DNA of 32,254 nucleotides from Anaerolineae bacterium (lineage in GTDB: Bacteria > Chloroflexota > Anaerolineae > JAAYZQ01). Numbering within the stretch: position 1 is the first letter of the stretch; each line of letters starts with the position of its first letter. The DNA is taken from assembly GCA_050116355.1 (NCBI GenBank), contig JASFOV010000001.1, positions 1-32,254 on the forward strand, in the 5' to 3' direction. The notes under the pieces are model-generated. The model was not told the origin of the DNA. It saw only the letters and a list, made by a program, of their open reading frames with translations, and ran no database searches. The translations under genes were made by a program, and so were the position numbers. Positions 1 to 8,741 of the stretch are shown piece after piece.

Positions 1-1
1 C

Positions 2-436
2 GATGGGACCGTCTATATCGCCGCCGTCGAGGGGCCCGGGGCCAAAAAAGCGACAGAAATGATCGAGGCTCTCACCGAAGAAGCCGAAATCGGCAAGGTC
101 TACTTGGGCAAGGTCGTGCGCACCGAAAACTATGGTGCCTTTATCGAGATTCTGCCTGGGGTAGATGGGTTATGCCACATCTCCCAGCTGGCCGACTACC
201 GTGTTCCTTCTACGGAAGACGTAGTTCGCGTCGGCGACGAAGTAATGGTCATGGTCATTGACATCGAGCCCGAGACAGGCAAGATCAAGCTGTCACGGCA
301 AGCGGTTCTTGAAGGTTGGACCGCGCAAGAAGCTCGCGACCGGGATCGCAAAGGTAGCGGCAACCGGCGCGGAGGATCATCCCGCGGTTCCCGCTCTGGT
401 GGGTCAGATTCGCGCCGGCGCCCACCGCGCCGCTGA
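2..436 (+). CDS. pnp: Polynucleotide phosphorylase, C-terminal fragment (S1 domain plus Arg/Gly/Ser-rich tail); 5' end lies outside the window
   Basis: The frame is open from nt 2 ([20 protein letters not shown]...). It carries an S1-domain pattern, [38 protein letters not shown]...[23 protein letters not shown], typical of the PNPase C-terminus. The protein ends in a basic RG/RS-rich tail ([29 protein letters not shown]). Confidence 0.85.
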   Translation, partial: DGTVYIAAVEGPGAKKATEMIEALTEEAEIGKVYLGKVVRTENYGAFIEILPGVDGLCHISQLADYRVPSTEDVVRVGDEVMVMVIDIEPETGKIKLSRQAVLEGWTAQEARDRDRKGSGNRRGGSSRGSRSGGSDSRRRPPRR

Positions 437-452
437 GGCCAACAAACTGGTC

Positions 453-484
453 GGGGGTACCAGGCGAACTCGCCTGATACCCCC
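453..484 (+). terminator. GC-rich hairpin just after the pnp stop; possible U-tract-less terminator or processing site
   Basis: GGGGGTAcCAGGCG-AACT-CGCCTGaTACCCCC forms a 13-bp stem with one C/A mismatch. No T-run follows it. Confidence 0.35.
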
Positions 485-507
485 ACCTAGCAAGGTAGTT
501 CAGTTCC

Positions 508-1089
508 ATGGACGATCATTTCAACCCAATACCAGAGCAACAAGTTCCTACGCCATCCCATCCCGGCCCCGGCCGCAGAATCCTCCAGGCTCTGCGCGAG
601 ATTCTGGAGACCATCCTGCCGGCCCTGCTCATTGCCCTGCTAATCAATGTCTTTATCGGGCAGGCGACGCGCGTCGAAGGTATGAGCATGGAACCCAACC
701 TCCACACCAATCAGCGTTTGGTCGTTGAAAAGATCTCCTACCGGTTTCATGGTCCGGAACGCTTCGACGTCGTGGTGCTCAGGCTTCCCGATCAAGGCGA
801 CGAGTTGCTGATCAAGCGGATCATCGGCTTGCCGGGCGAGACCGTCGAAGTACGTGACGGGCACATTTACATCAACGACGAACTACTGGATGAGCCATTT
901 CTGGACCGGGACATCACCTCCGGACGCGATACCCGCATCGTCGTCCCACCTCTGCATGTGTTCGTGATGGGTGACAATCGGAGTCACTCGAACGACTCGC
1001 GCAATTTCGGCCCAGTGCCCATTGACAACATTGTCGGACGGGCCTGGATCTCGTACTGGCCACCGGAGCAATTGGGATTGGTTCAATAA
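508..1089 (+). CDS. lepB: Signal peptidase I
   Basis: Ser box GMSMEPNL, Lys box LIKRIIGLPGETVEV and box E GDNRSHSNDSRNFGPV are all present. There is an N-terminal TM segment (ILPALLIALLINVFI). Confidence 0.9.
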   Translation: MDDHFNPIPEQQVPTPSHPGPGRRILQALREILETILPALLIALLINVFIGQATRVEGMSMEPNLHTNQRLVVEKISYRFHGPERFDVVVLRLPDQGDELLIKRIIGLPGETVEVRDGHIYINDELLDEPFLDRDITSGRDTRIVVPPLHVFVMGDNRSHSNDSRNFGPVPIDNIVGRAWISYWPPEQLGLVQ

Positions 1090-1154
1090 CCGAACACTCC
1101 CTGCCCGGGGTTTACCCAGCGACGATGGGCCCCGGGGTCGACGGTTGAGGGTCT

Positions 1155-2918
1155 ATGGTTTCAACCGAGTGGAGCCGTACAACCAAGCGCCTGGTCGTCG
1201 TCGGCCTCATTATCGTCCTGCTTCTCACCCTCTACATCTTTCGAACACTCCTGCCGCCCGTCATTCTCGCGTTCGTCCTGGCCTATATCCTCAAACCACT
1301 GGCTGACTCCATACAGCGACGGTCAAAGATGCCGCGCCTCGTCGCTGTGATCTTGGTGTTTTTGATCTTGCTGCTGGTCTTTAGCGTTGTCCCGGCCACC
1401 GTGGTGCCGTATGTCGTCAACCAGATCACCCGTCTCAACCTCAACCTCCAGCAACTGATTGCAGACATTGGCGAGATTCTGTCCCAACCTATCGTCATCC
1501 TCAACTTTCGCTTTAGCCTGCAGGAGGTGGTAGGGATAGATGATCTGCAGACGGCTATCCAAGACTTGCTCCAGCCCTTTGCCAGCCAGACCATCAACCT
1601 GCTGTTCAATGTAGCTTCCAGCCTGCTGTGGGTGATCTCCATTCTGATCATCTCTTTCTACTTGGTCAAGGACGCCGACCGTCTGCGCACAACCTTGGAT
1701 CGCCTCGCTCCGCCAGGCTACACAGAAGAACTGCGGCGTCTGTACGAAGAGATCAATTTGGTATGGAAAGCCTTCTTCCGGGGCCAGGTAGTACTCGGCC
1801 TCATTGTAGGTCTCATGGTCTGGATCACCATGACCGCCATTGGCCTACCCAATGCGGCGCTGATGGCGCTGCTCGCTGGACTGTTGGAGGTTCTCCCGAC
1901 TTTTGGCCCCGTACTGGCCACGATTCCGGCGCTTCTCATCGCCTTCTTTTTGGGATCGACCTATCTGCCGCTCAGCAATTTTTGGTTCGGCGTACTGGTG
2001 CTGGCCATCTATCTCTTTATCCAGCAGACGGAAAACGCCTACCTCGTCCCACGCATCATGGGGCGGCGAATGCAGCTGCACCCCGTCATCATCTTTATCG
2101 GCGCTCTGGCTGGGGGCTTGCTCGCTGGCGCATTGGGCGTTCTCCTCGCCGCTCCGGTCATCGGCACGGTACGGGTCCTGCTCACGTACGTCTATGCCAA
2201 ATTGAAGGATGAGGCCCCCTTTCCTCCCGTACCGGAGGTGGAGGGCGAAGTCTATCCCGGTGAGATCGATGCCATCCTTTTCGATCTGGACGGTACCCTG
2301 ATCGAAACCGACGACGCGGCAGTCGATACACTTGCCCGCACGCTGGGTCCCCTTGCCTGGCTCTTCCCCCGGCGGAACACGCACCAGATCGCACGCCGCA
2401 TTATCATGAGCTTGGAGGGACCGGCCAACAGCATCTTGGCCCTGCTAGATCGCGTGGGGTTGGATGATACAATGTTCGACATCGGGGACCGACTACGGCG
2501 AATGCGGGGGCTGCATACGCCCATGAACTTCCGGCCCGTAGAAGGCGTGATCGACACCCTCCACGACCTGAGCCGGCGGTACCACCTGGCCATCGTCACC
2601 ACCCGCAGCCGCCAAGAGGCAGAGATCTTTTTAACGCAACAGGATTTGAACGGTCTGATCCACATCGTCGTTGGCCGCGAGGATACGTGGCGCATCAAGC
2701 CCCATCCCAGCCCGGTGCAACACGCCGCCGATCAACTGGCTGCACCGGTCGAGCGCTGTTTGATGGTGGGCGATACCAAAGCAGACATCTGGGCCGCCCG
2801 CGCGGCGGGTGCCCGTTCGGCGGGCGTACTGTGTGGATTTGGAGAACGGGAAGAGCTAGAGCGCGCCGGTGCCGACATGGTCCTGCCCAGCACTCCCGAT
2901 CTAGTACGCCGCATGTGA
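1155..2918 (+). CDS. Fusion protein: AI-2E family (PerM/UPF0118) transporter domain plus a C-terminal HAD-superfamily phosphatase domain
   Basis: The N-terminal ~350 aa are polytopic membrane protein with AI-2E-like stretches (LLEVLPTFGPVLATIPALLIAF; YLVPRIMGRRMQLHPVIIFIGALAGG). The C-terminal ~220 aa carry HAD motifs: I DAILFDLDGTL, II LAIVTTRS, III RIKPHP, IV MVGDTKADIWAARAAG. Confidence 0.75.
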   Translation: MVSTEWSRTTKRLVVVGLIIVLLLTLYIFRTLLPPVILAFVLAYILKPLADSIQRRSKMPRLVAVILVFLILLLVFSVVPATVVPYVVNQITRLNLNLQQLIADIGEILSQPIVILNFRFSLQEVVGIDDLQTAIQDLLQPFASQTINLLFNVASSLLWVISILIISFYLVKDADRLRTTLDRLAPPGYTEELRRLYEEINLVWKAFFRGQVVLGLIVGLMVWITMTAIGLPNAALMALLAGLLEVLPTFGPVLATIPALLIAFFLGSTYLPLSNFWFGVLVLAIYLFIQQTENAYLVPRIMGRRMQLHPVIIFIGALAGGLLAGALGVLLAAPVIGTVRVLLTYVYAKLKDEAPFPPVPEVEGEVYPGEIDAILFDLDGTLIETDDAAVDTLARTLGPLAWLFPRRNTHQIARRIIMSLEGPANSILALLDRVGLDDTMFDIGDRLRRMRGLHTPMNFRPVEGVIDTLHDLSRRYHLAIVTTRSRQEAEIFLTQQDLNGLIHIVVGREDTWRIKPHPSPVQHAADQLAAPVERCLMVGDTKADIWAARAAGARSAGVLCGFGEREELERAGADMVLPSTPDLVRRM

Positions 2919-3016
2919 GCGACGGTCCGCTGGCGTTGGGCAACCAGCCGCCAGCCCCTCCATCAGGCTCATTGACTACAGAGTGAGATCCGGCCCGATC
3001 CCTGCAGCGTAACAGG

Positions 3017-3955
3017 CTACCGCCCCTGGTCTTCCTCCTGACCAGCCAACCGTAGGCGTACAAAGAGCCAAGGCGCCAGAAAGGAGACGGCCCACCCGAC
3101 GAGCGCGTAGCGCGCCATGCGTGTGATCACCTCTACCCCATGGTCCATCTCTTCTGGCAGGATCAAGCGCGGGCCCACGTAGAGCGCCGCCACAATCCCC
3201 AAGCCCAGCAGGAAACGTAACACCCGCCGCCACCATTCACCCTCTACGCGGAAACGCACCCAGGCGCGCTCCATGATCAAACCCACACCCAGACCCGCTA
3301 GGGCGCTCATAGGCGTGACCGAGCCCGCCACCGGGTACAGTCCTTCCGGATCGGCGGGGTGCAGAAAGATCAGGATCAAGGGCACACCAACGGCCAGGAG
3401 AACCTGGACCGGAGTTCTTTGATCTGCGATCCAACGGCCCACCGGCTCCTCCAGCCAAATGTAGACCAACAGCACCCCCAGGCCGATGATCCAGCCACCC
3501 AGCACGTCCTGGGGAAAATGAACCCCCAAAACCAAGCGCGACAGTCCGATCCCCAAAATGATAATCACCGATATAACCCTGAAGATGCGATTGCGAAAAC
3601 GGTAGGCCAGGTAGGCCCAGTTGACGACAGCGCCCTGGGCATGTCCGCTGGGAAACGAAGGATCCGTGACGGGGTAGGGGATGTCCAGTTGGGGAGCGGC
3701 AGGTCGGGGAATGGCAAAAAGGTGCTTGAACACACTGTTGATCCAAGCTGACAGGAGAGACAGATAGCCCAGCCGTATGCCAATCTCCCGATCGATGGCC
3801 CAGTATACCACCGGCAACAGGAATAAATAGAACTCCTCGTTGCCCATAAAGGTCAGTACGGCAAAGATAGCGACCATCCAGTCAGGGGTGTACGACTGAA
3901 GGCGTATCAAAAACTCGGTCCCCCAAGGTACCAACGATTCTAACCACTCGCCCAC
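3017..3955 (-). CDS. PAP2-family (type 2 phosphatidic acid / undecaprenyl-PP-like) membrane phosphatase
   Basis: All three PAP2 motifs are present: KHLFAIPRP, FPSGHA and SRLVLGVHFPQDV. The protein has multiple TM helices. A GTG start is preceded by AAGGAGGAGG. Confidence 0.8.
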   Translation of the reverse strand: MGEWLESLVPWGTEFLIRLQSYTPDWMVAIFAVLTFMGNEEFYLFLLPVVYWAIDREIGIRLGYLSLLSAWINSVFKHLFAIPRPAAPQLDIPYPVTDPSFPSGHAQGAVVNWAYLAYRFRNRIFRVISVIIILGIGLSRLVLGVHFPQDVLGGWIIGLGVLLVYIWLEEPVGRWIADQRTPVQVLLAVGVPLILIFLHPADPEGLYPVAGSVTPMSALAGLGVGLIMERAWVRFRVEGEWWRRVLRFLLGLGIVAALYVGPRLILPEEMDHGVEVITRMARYALVGWAVSFLAPWLFVRLRLAGQEEDQGR

Positions 3956-4003
3956 CGCGTCCTCCTCCTTGATCGGGTTTTTCTATCCCAACGGGACTGG
4001 CCC

Positions 4004-4032
4004 ATTATAACAGAGCCTCAGCCACTCGTCAA
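4004..4032 (-). promoter_or_regulatory. sigma70-type promoter for the PAP2 gene
   Basis: On the minus strand: TTGACG (4032-4027), 17-nt spacer, TATAAT (4009-4004). This lies about 45 nt upstream of the GTG start. Confidence 0.6.
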
Positions 4033-4134
4033 CGCACCCCCGGCGCACACATAAGACAACCGTCTCTGCATGCGAGGGGTGAACAGGAAGATTCGCTACC
4101 ACCACTGGACATGCCGGTTTGCCCCTCAACAGCT

Positions 4135-4163
4135 TTGACAACTCGACCGCCCGGTGGTACACT
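4135..4163 (+). promoter_or_regulatory. sigma70-type promoter for rimO
   Basis: TTGACA (4135-4140), 17-nt spacer, TACACT (4158-4163), with TGg directly upstream as an extended -10. Confidence 0.65.
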
Positions 4164-4222
4164 CCACCCTCAAACGGGTTGCCGGAGATAATCTTCCGCA
4201 GCCGACTAGATAGGAAACAAAC

Positions 4223-5554
4223 GTGAATTTCTACCTTGAATCGTTGGGCTGTCCCAAAAACCTGGTCGATTCCCATGGTATGGCCCGCTTGCTCAAGTAC
4301 CAGGGCCATCGGGGCGTCGCTGATCCCGACCAAGCCCAAATCCTTATCGTCAACACCTGTGGGTTTGTGGCCGACGCCCGGCAGGAGTCACTGGAGGAAT
4401 TGCGCGAACTGGCCCGCAACAAACAGGCAGGCCAAGTACTCATCGCCGCTGGGTGCCTATCGCAACGATGGGGGCAAGCCCTGTTGGAACAGGTATCCGG
4501 CATCGACGGTCTGCTGGGCACCCGTCGCTGGGCCGAGATCGCTCCCTTTATCGCCGAGATTCAACAGCGCGGCGAGCAGCGCCAGAGCCACCCTCTTGTC
4601 CGCTTGGGGGATCCCCTCCTGGACGATAGCACTGCCACCTACCGCGTGGCCAGGCAGGGCGCCTCCGCCTACCTCAAGATCGCGGATGGGTGTAGCGCTC
4701 CCTGTGCTTTCTGCGCGATCCCCCTCATCAAAGGTCCGGCTGTAAGCCGGCCCAGGGCAGCCATAGTCCAAGACGCTGTGCAATTGGTCCGCCAAGGGGC
4801 TCAAGAGCTGATCTTGATCGCCCAGGACACCACGGCATATGGCCGGGACCGGGGGGAGCGCGATGGCTTGCCCGCTTTGGTGGAAGCCATCCTCGACGCG
4901 GTACCCGCTGGGGAACTGCACTGGCTACGCTTGATGTATGCCTATCCCGGCCACATCAGCCCGCGCTTGATCGAGACGATGGCCAGCGATGCGCGCATCT
5001 GCCACTACCTCGACCTCCCCCTCCAGCACGCCCACCCCGACACCCTACAGCGCATGAAACGGCCGGCCAATGTCGAGCGGACCCTGAAACTTGTGACCGG
5101 CCTCCGGGCGGCGATGCCCGACATCGCGCTACGCACGTCCTTCATCGTCGGCTACCCGGGGGAAACCGACGCCGAGTTCCAAGCGCTGCTGGACTTTGTG
5201 GCGGAGATACGCTTCGATCGGGTTGGAGGGTTCCTCTATTCCCCCGAGGAGGGAACACCCGCCGGCGCCCTACCGCACGCCGTACCCGAGGAGATCAAGG
5301 AAGAACGTCTCGACCGGCTGATGGAGCTACAACAGCGGATTTCCCTAGAGATCAACCAAGCCCAAATAGGACGGCAACTGGATGTCCTAATCGAGGGTCA
5401 GGGCGACGACCTGAGTATTGGCCGTTCCTACCGCGATGCGCCCGAGATCGATGGCTTGGTCCTGATTCCCGACCAGCTGCCTCTGGGCGAGATCGTGTCG
5501 ACCCGCATCACCGGGGCGATGGAATACGACTTGGTCGGAGAGAGGAACGCTTAG
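4223..5554 (+). CDS. rimO: Ribosomal protein S12 methylthiotransferase
   Basis: The N-terminal MTTase domain reads FYLESLGCPKNLVDSH. The radical-SAM CxxxCxxC motif is CSAPCAFC. There is a C-terminal TRAM-like domain. The start is GTG. Confidence 0.85.
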   Translation: MNFYLESLGCPKNLVDSHGMARLLKYQGHRGVADPDQAQILIVNTCGFVADARQESLEELRELARNKQAGQVLIAAGCLSQRWGQALLEQVSGIDGLLGTRRWAEIAPFIAEIQQRGEQRQSHPLVRLGDPLLDDSTATYRVARQGASAYLKIADGCSAPCAFCAIPLIKGPAVSRPRAAIVQDAVQLVRQGAQELILIAQDTTAYGRDRGERDGLPALVEAILDAVPAGELHWLRLMYAYPGHISPRLIETMASDARICHYLDLPLQHAHPDTLQRMKRPANVERTLKLVTGLRAAMPDIALRTSFIVGYPGETDAEFQALLDFVAEIRFDRVGGFLYSPEEGTPAGALPHAVPEEIKEERLDRLMELQQRISLEINQAQIGRQLDVLIEGQGDDLSIGRSYRDAPEIDGLVLIPDQLPLGEIVSTRITGAMEYDLVGERNA

Positions 5555-5577
5555 CCACCCCTTGGCTGCACAGAAAA

Positions 5578-5604
5578 GAAGCCAGGCATCGTATGCCTGG
5601 CTTC
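5578..5604. terminator. Bidirectional intrinsic terminator between convergent rimO and the MerR-family gene
   Basis: Perfect 12-bp stem GAAGCCAGGCAT-cgt-ATGCCTGGCTTC, flanked by AAAA upstream and TTT downstream. Confidence 0.75.
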
Positions 5605-5621
5605 TTTGATCTAGAAAAGCT

Positions 5622-6305
5622 CTAGCTGCCGAACAACTGACCCAGACAGCCCGGGCGTTCAGACTTCTGTGCCCGGTTTGACTGCCGGCTCTGGTGGCGC
5701 ACTTGCTCCTCAAGCTTGTGCAGGCGTGACTCCAAATCTTGGCGACCTACGCCCTCGAGACGCCGTATCTCGGCCAGTTCACGCTCCAGGTCTAGCATTC
5801 GATCCCGGAGCCGGGTATTTTCCTCTTTGAGATTGAAATTGTCCTGGACAATGACTGATAGCATATCACGATTCGCCTGTTGGCTGCCCAGCAACAACTG
5901 CTGCCCGTCGGCTACCGTGTGCAAGGTATCAGCCAAGACAGTCACTGCCGGCGTCAGGCGACCAGAGTCTGGCTCTGCTGGTCCTAGCACGGTGACCCGC
6001 AAGTCGCCTTCCTCATCTTCGTCTGCCTCCGCCATGCTTTGTCGTAGGCGCAACGCTTCCAACCGCTTGCCGACCTGAATGTAGGTCAGGCCTTCGGCCA
6101 GCAGGCCCTTGATGGTCATCAGCGTTTCCAGGTCCTGGTCGGTATAGCGCCGGTGCGACGTCCGGCCGCCATCGCCCAGCTCTGGGCGCCCCGCCGTATC
6201 CGACAGGAAATCAGAAAATTCGTTGGACCAGCGGCGCAACGTGGACGGTGAGACCTGCAACTGATTGGCCACTTCATTGGGCAAACGGTAGTGAGTTTCG
6301 GTCAT
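5622..6305 (-). CDS. MerR-family HTH regulator with a long C-terminal coiled-coil
   Basis: The N-terminus reads YRLPNEVANQLQVSPSTLRRWSNEF...HRRYTDQDLETLMTIKGLLAEGLTYIQVGKRL, a MerR-type HTH plus wing with an insertion in the wing. The C-terminal heptad-rich segment reads NLKEENTRLRDRMLDLERELAEIRRLE. A GAGGAG Shine-Dalgarno lies in the 18-nt gap after the upstream gene. Confidence 0.7.
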   Translation of the reverse strand: MTETHYRLPNEVANQLQVSPSTLRRWSNEFSDFLSDTAGRPELGDGGRTSHRRYTDQDLETLMTIKGLLAEGLTYIQVGKRLEALRLRQSMAEADEDEEGDLRVTVLGPAEPDSGRLTPAVTVLADTLHTVADGQQLLLGSQQANRDMLSVIVQDNFNLKEENTRLRDRMLDLERELAEIRRLEGVGRQDLESRLHKLEEQVRHQSRQSNRAQKSERPGCLGQLFGS

Positions 6306-6323
6306 ACAATTCTCCTCAAACGG

Positions 6324-6689
6324 CTATTCGTCCCCATTCACAATTTCGTAGGGTACTTCAATGTACGAGTCCGAGGACGGTTCGCGCTGCCGGCCAAACA
6401 AGTCCTCCATGTGTTCCTGTACAATCCTGAGGGGTGCCAGATCGACGAACATCTTGAGCGCAAGCAAAAGCAACACCACATCATCGACCTCGCCCAAGCC
6501 CGGCAGGGCTAGATCGGGGATCAAGTCAATGGGCGAAAGAAAGTAGAGCACGCCGACCACAGGGATCAGCTTCACCCAGCCGGGAACGCGGCTGTCTCTG
6601 TACAGCCGCCAGCCAAGCCGGATCTGCTGTAACAAACCACCCAGAAAACCTGCACTCTCGGAAAGCTGCGCACTTGTAGATTTGCTCAT
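6324..6689 (-). CDS. DUF1232 (YkvA-like) small membrane protein
   Basis: Core WVKLIPVVGVLYFLSPIDLIPDLALPGLGEVDDVVLLLLALKMF. I placed the start at the internal ATG at 6689 (MSKSTSAQ...), which is preceded by AGGAGG. The longer track ORF reaching 6860 would run through the promoter region. Confidence 0.7.
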   Translation of the reverse strand: MSKSTSAQLSESAGFLGGLLQQIRLGWRLYRDSRVPGWVKLIPVVGVLYFLSPIDLIPDLALPGLGEVDDVVLLLLALKMFVDLAPLRIVQEHMEDLFGRQREPSSDSYIEVPYEIVNGDE

Positions 6690-6740
6690 CACAACATACC
6701 TCCTGACACGCCCACGGGCCGGGCGAAACGGGAAGCGAAT

Positions 6741-6769
6741 TTGACCCGAACGCGCATGGGCGGTATTAT
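6741..6769 (+). promoter_or_regulatory. sigma70-type promoter facing the helicase-associated gene
   Basis: TTGACC (6741-6746), 17-nt spacer, TATTAT (6764-6769). This would give a ~125-nt leader containing a perfect 11-bp hairpin, TGCCATGGCGA / TCGCCATGGCA (6821-6857). Confidence 0.5.
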
Positions 6770-6793
6770 ACTCGTAGCGAACATTTTTGGCAA
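6765..6793 (-). promoter_or_regulatory. sigma70-type promoter for the DUF1232-MerR operon; its -10 overlaps the plus-strand promoter
   Basis: On the minus strand: TTGCCA (6793-6788), 17-nt spacer, TATAAT (6770-6765). The two -10 hexamers share the sequence TATTATA. Confidence 0.55.
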
Positions 6794-6901
6794 GGCAAAG
6801 TCCACGGCTGGCAAACACTCTGCCATGGCGATCGAACCGGACGATGTCGCCATGGCACAACGATCGCGCCAGGACCGGGCGCCTGATGCGGATAATACTC
6901 G

Positions 6902-8626
6902 ATGATCCCAGACAAGCTCCAGCGCTGTCTCAGTGACTACGATATGGCCATGTTGCGCGCCCTGGCTCAGAACCGCGGCGAGACGCTGACCACCAACCGC
7001 CAGAATGAAGCGGTCGACCAACTGGCCGCCGCTCTCCTCGAACCGCTGTCCGTGCGGACCGCTCTCTCACGGCTCAGCCCTCAGGCCCGCTCTGCACTGG
7101 ACAGCTTGCTGGCGGCCGGCGGGCGCCAGCGCGCCCCGCACTTTGCCCGCCGCTTCGGCCAGATACGCGCCTTTGGACCGGGCCGGCTGGAGCGAGAAGC
7201 GCTGTGGCAAGACCCGGCCAACGCGACCGAAGAACTATGGTTCGCTGGCTTCATCTTTCGTGCCTTTTACGAGGACCAGGGAGGACCGGGGGAGTTCTTC
7301 TTTCTCCCCGAGGATCTTCACCGCCTGCTGCCCTCGCCGCAAGCCGAGCCGGTCACCTTCTCCATCGACCCCGTCCCCGCACCGTCGCGCCATGCGGCCG
7401 GCCAACGCCGTCCCGGCGAGGCACTGGTCCATGACGTGTTCATCTACCTGGTGCTGCTACAGACCCGCGATGTGCGGTCCTATGCCGATGGCCGGCTGGC
7501 AAGGCACGACCTGGCGTTTCTCCAGCGGCGGATGAGCGATGCCAGCGACCGCCGTCTGACCTTCATACAGCATATCGTCGACCGCTTTGGTTGGCTCACG
7601 CGTGAGGGCGCCTATCTACGGCTCAACGCCTCTCCCGTCAAGCGCTGGCTGTCCGATCCTTTTCCTCTCCAGCTCGCCACACTGCAAGAGGGCTGGCGCG
7701 ACGATGCAGATTGGAACGATCTCTGTCGCGTGCCCGGCTTGGTCTGCGATCACGAGACGCCCTGGCACAACGATCCCGTTGCCACGCGCCATGCCGTACT
7801 GGCGCTGCTGGCCCGCTGTCCCGTGGACGACTGGTGGTCGCGAGATTCCTTTGTCGCCGCCGTCAAGGAGTTTCACCCCGACTTTCAGCGACCGGACGGC
7901 GACTATGACAGCTGGTACATTCGTGATGCTGCCAGCGGTGAGTACCTGTCCGGCTATGACGCGTGGGATCGCATTGAAGGCGCCCTCTTGGCCGACATGC
8001 TGGGCGGAACCCTCTATTGGTTGGGCATCGTTGCCACAGGAGCCGGCACAAACCGCTCCGACCCGATCTATCGTATCACCACGGCTGGCAGGCGTCTGCT
8101 CGGGTTGGAGTCCAGCCAAGTCGTCGCGGAAGACTCGCCTCCCATTGTCGTCCAGCCAGACTTTTACATCGAGTTGCCGCCACCAACCAGTCTCTATACG
8201 CAATTCCAGCTAGAAAGATTCACCGAACCCGCCGGTTCCCATCCAGTGCCGCACCGCTATCGACTGACGGTTGGCAGCTTGGGGCGGGCTTTGGCCCATG
8301 GCGTTCGGGTTGAGCAGATTCTGGCTTTTCTGCAACAAGCGGGGGAACGTCCCGTTCCCCCCAACGTCGCCGGCCAACTGCGCATGTGGGCCGGCCGCTT
8401 TGGCCAGGTCGAGTTGGAGGAAATGGCTTTGCTGTCTGTCAAGAGCGAACGTGTCCTCAAAGAGCTGTCCGTCCTGCCCGAAACGCGTTCGCTGATCGAT
8501 CGAGTGCTCACCCCAACCACCGCCTTGGTGCGCAAGAAGGATCTGTCCCGTTTGCGCAAGGAACTGCGCCAATTGGGCTATCTCCACACCCCAGAAGACC
8601 TTGGTGACCCTGCCGGACGCGGTTGA
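6902..8626 (+). CDS. Helicase-associated-domain protein (XPB N-terminal / Helicase_C_3-like), with no helicase core
   Basis: The C-terminal region reads IVVQPDFYIELPPP...YRLTVGSLGRALAHGVRVEQILAFLQQAGERPVPPNVAGQLRMWAGRFGQVEL. As I remember it, this resembles the PF13625-type domain of XPB-associated proteins. No Walker A or B motif is seen. Confidence 0.5.
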   Translation: MIPDKLQRCLSDYDMAMLRALAQNRGETLTTNRQNEAVDQLAAALLEPLSVRTALSRLSPQARSALDSLLAAGGRQRAPHFARRFGQIRAFGPGRLEREALWQDPANATEELWFAGFIFRAFYEDQGGPGEFFFLPEDLHRLLPSPQAEPVTFSIDPVPAPSRHAAGQRRPGEALVHDVFIYLVLLQTRDVRSYADGRLARHDLAFLQRRMSDASDRRLTFIQHIVDRFGWLTREGAYLRLNASPVKRWLSDPFPLQLATLQEGWRDDADWNDLCRVPGLVCDHETPWHNDPVATRHAVLALLARCPVDDWWSRDSFVAAVKEFHPDFQRPDGDYDSWYIRDAASGEYLSGYDAWDRIEGALLADMLGGTLYWLGIVATGAGTNRSDPIYRITTAGRRLLGLESSQVVAEDSPPIVVQPDFYIELPPPTSLYTQFQLERFTEPAGSHPVPHRYRLTVGSLGRALAHGVRVEQILAFLQQAGERPVPPNVAGQLRMWAGRFGQVELEEMALLSVKSERVLKELSVLPETRSLIDRVLTPTTALVRKKDLSRLRKELRQLGYLHTPEDLGDPAGRG

Positions 8627-8651
8627 CAAAGTAGGCTGCTCGGTGTATCAT
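8623..8651 (+). promoter_or_regulatory. sigma70-type promoter for the GT2 gene
   Basis: TTGACA (8623-8628, overlapping the upstream stop codon), 17-nt spacer, TATCAT (8646-8651). Confidence 0.6.
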
Positions 8652-8741
8652 TGCCGCCAGAGTACAGGGTGGGCCACTCCGTAGGCCTGTCATGCGCAAC
8701 CCAGGGGGCAAAAGGACGGGCACCCGGCGCCCAGCAAACCT

